Virus record (IMG/VR): IMGVR_UViG_3300027229_000005
Length of the DNA stretch: 64,000 nt
Reading direction: 5' to 3' (one strand)
DNA from: an uncultured virus (IMG/VR IMGVR_UViG_3300027229_000005)
Lineage: Duplodnaviria > Heunggongvirae > Uroviricota > Caudoviricetes
Shown here piece by piece: positions 62,381 through 64,000 of this stretch (its first letter is position 1; every line of letters starts with the position of its first letter). The position numbers and the translations under genes are program-made. The notes beneath the pieces were generated by a model, which was not told where the DNA came from, ran no database searches, and saw nothing but the letters and a program-made list of their open reading frames with translations.

Positions 62381-64000
62381 ATGGCAATTCCTTTAATTAA
62401 AACGACAGGTACCTCAGGTTCTTCTGGTTCTTCAGGTACTAACGGTACTTCAGGTACTTCCGGCACAGCCGGAACTTCGGGTACCTCGGGTTCATCAGGT
62501 ACGTCTGGCTCGTCTGGTACTTCTGGTTCTTCAGGTACGTCTGGTTCGTCTGGTACTTCTGGTACTTCTGGTACCGCTGGTACTTCAGGAACTTCAGGTA
62601 CATCTGGATCTTCAGGTACATCTGGTTCTTCAGGTACTTCGGGTACTTCAGGTTCTTCAGGCTCATCTGGTTCATCAGGTACAGACGGTACCGATGGTAC
62701 GGACGGTAGTTCCGGTTCATCAGGTACTTCGGGTACTTCAGGCACTTCAGGTTCTTCAGGTTCATCTGGTACTTCAGGTCTATCTGGAACTTCGGGTCTA
62801 GATGGTACGGACGGTAGTTCCGGTTCATCTGGTACTTCAGGTTCATCAGGTACAGATGGTACATCAGGTACTTCAGGTACTTCAGGTACTTCAGGTACTT
62901 CGGGTTCATCTGGTACAGACGGAACTTCAGGTTCATCTGGTACAGACGGAACTTCAGGCTCATCTGGTACAGACGGAACTTCAGGCTCATCTGGTACAGA
63001 CGGAACTTCAGGCTCATCTGGTACTTCAGGTACTTCAGGTACTTCGGGTACTTCAGGTACTTCAGGTTCATCTGGTACTTCAGGTTCATCTGGTACTTCA
63101 GGCACTTCAGGTACTTCAGGTTCATCTGGTACAAATGGTACTGGCGGTTCTTCAGGTTCATCTGGTACTTCTGGTACTTCTGGTACTTCTGGTACTTCTG
63201 GTACTTCTGGTACCTCTGGTTCATCAGGTACAGATGGTACATCAGGTACATCAGGTACTTCAGGTACTTCGGGTACTTCAGGTACTTCAGGTTCATCAGG
63301 TACAGATGGTACATCAGGTACATCAGGTACATCTGGTACTTCAGGTTCATCAGGTTATGATGGCGCTAAATCAGGATGTTACGGCGATCCAAATGGTGAC
63401 GTAACAGGTTCATTCGTTGGTCAACTTTATTTTGACTGTGACGGTGGTATTTGGGAATGGTCAGGCTATGGTCCTGGTAACCCTGCACCATGTGATCAAG
63501 GTATGGACGTTGTGTTCTTGGTTGACTACACCGGTTCAATGGGTGGAGCAATCAACAACGTTAAGTCTTCAATTGCAGCTATCGCTTCAACGATCGAGAC
63601 AGAATCTAATAACAACTACAGACTATCTCTTGTAACATTTGACGAGTACGGAGTTGACGGTACACCAACTTACGGTGCAACTGCAACTTACAACGCTCTT
63701 CCATCTACACAGAGATACATTCTAAACAATTACACAGCTAGCAGATCTTCACACATCACTGCTCTAGAGACATTCTCGTCAAACAACATCTCTTCGTTCA
63801 CTTCACAGTTGAACAAGATGAATACAGTTGACTTCCCTCTAGGTAATGGTCAAGGTACTCCAGAACCAGCAGGTATTGCTCTTGATAGAGTAATCAACTC
63901 TGGTATGGTAGGTGGCTTTAGAGAAGGTGTTGCTAAGTACATTGTTCTTATTACAGACGCACCTGACGGTGGTAGCGACGACGCATACACTCAAGCAGAT
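62381..64000 (+). CDS. Gly-X-Y (Ser/Thr) repeat protein followed by a vWA domain; runs off the window end (not in the ORF track)
   Basis: ATG62381 MAIPLIKTT-(GTSGSS)n; in frame MDVVFLVDYTGSM (MIDAS), LSLVTFD, PE, YIVLITDAP. Confidence 0.85.
   Translation, partial: MAIPLIKTTGTSGSSGSSGTNGTSGTSGTAGTSGTSGSSGTSGSSGTSGSSGTSGSSGTSGTSGTAGTSGTSGTSGSSGTSGSSGTSGTSGSSGSSGSSGTDGTDGTDGSSGSSGTSGTSGTSGSSGSSGTSGLSGTSGLDGTDGSSGSSGTSGSSGTDGTSGTSGTSGTSGTSGSSGTDGTSGSSGTDGTSGSSGTDGTSGSSGTDGTSGSSGTSGTSGTSGTSGTSGSSGTSGSSGTSGTSGTSGSSGTNGTGGSSGSSGTSGTSGTSGTSGTSGTSGSSGTDGTSGTSGTSGTSGTSGTSGSSGTDGTSGTSGTSGTSGSSGYDGAKSGCYGDPNGDVTGSFVGQLYFDCDGGIWEWSGYGPGNPAPCDQGMDVVFLVDYTGSMGGAINNVKSSIAAIASTIETESNNNYRLSLVTFDEYGVDGTPTYGATATYNALPSTQRYILNNYTASRSSHITALETFSSNNISSFTSQLNKMNTVDFPLGNGQGTPEPAGIALDRVINSGMVGGFREGVAKYIVLITDAPDGGSDDAYTQAD
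62408..63361 (+). repeat. about 105 consecutive 9-nt Gly-X-Y coding repeats
   Basis: GGT at 62408 and 63353 are 945 nt (105 x 9) apart, with GGN-ACN/TCN-TCN units throughout. Confidence 0.9.

Noticed and set aside
62374..63635. Listed ORFs over the second repeat (PEVP, LKY, VLQV) and the short ORFs after it
   Set aside because: Shadow frames of the real ORF that starts at 62381.
1..64000. Stop-codon reassignment
   Set aside because: Core genes are full length in the standard code, TAG and TGA terminate genes (nrdA, gp47-like), and no suppressor tRNA is present. tRNA-Leu anticodon TAG and tRNA-Ser anticodon TGA read CTA and TCA.

Overview
A 64-kb segment of a large T4-like (myovirus-type) dsDNA phage genome, almost all on the + strand and in the standard genetic code. 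The host is probably a Bacteroidota species; this is inferred from A-rich start regions without Shine-Dalgarno sequences, TTTGTTATATT host-type promoters, the nrdB-nrdA order and a Bacteroidota-style lipoprotein. 1-16.6 kb: DNA modification and replication, including an alpha-glucosyltransferase-like GT, dCTPase, a family B DNA polymerase split into two genes with nrdB, nrdA and the sliding clamp between them, UvsX, helicase and gp47/gp46. 16.6-43.3 kb: late sigma factor, head, packaging and contractile-tail genes, plus the clamp loader and RNase H. 45.1-47.1 kb: seven tRNA genes interleaved with boxA-like sites, a tiny lipoprotein gene and three unexplained structured non-coding segments. 50-64 kb: Ser/Thr-rich Gly-X-Y and coiled-coil fibre genes interleaved with GT2 glycosyltransferases, a DUF2827-like protein and a J-domain/sulfotransferase fusion. 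The most interesting candidates are a phage-encoded fibre glycosylation/sulfation module, a ~300-nt multi-stem RNA between tRNA-Gly and tRNA-Ala, a -2 frameshift site in the tail chaperone, the split polymerase, two phage promoter classes, and an early/late Arg codon switch that matches the phage tRNA-Arg(UCU). All functional calls come from motif recognition by eye; no searches were run.
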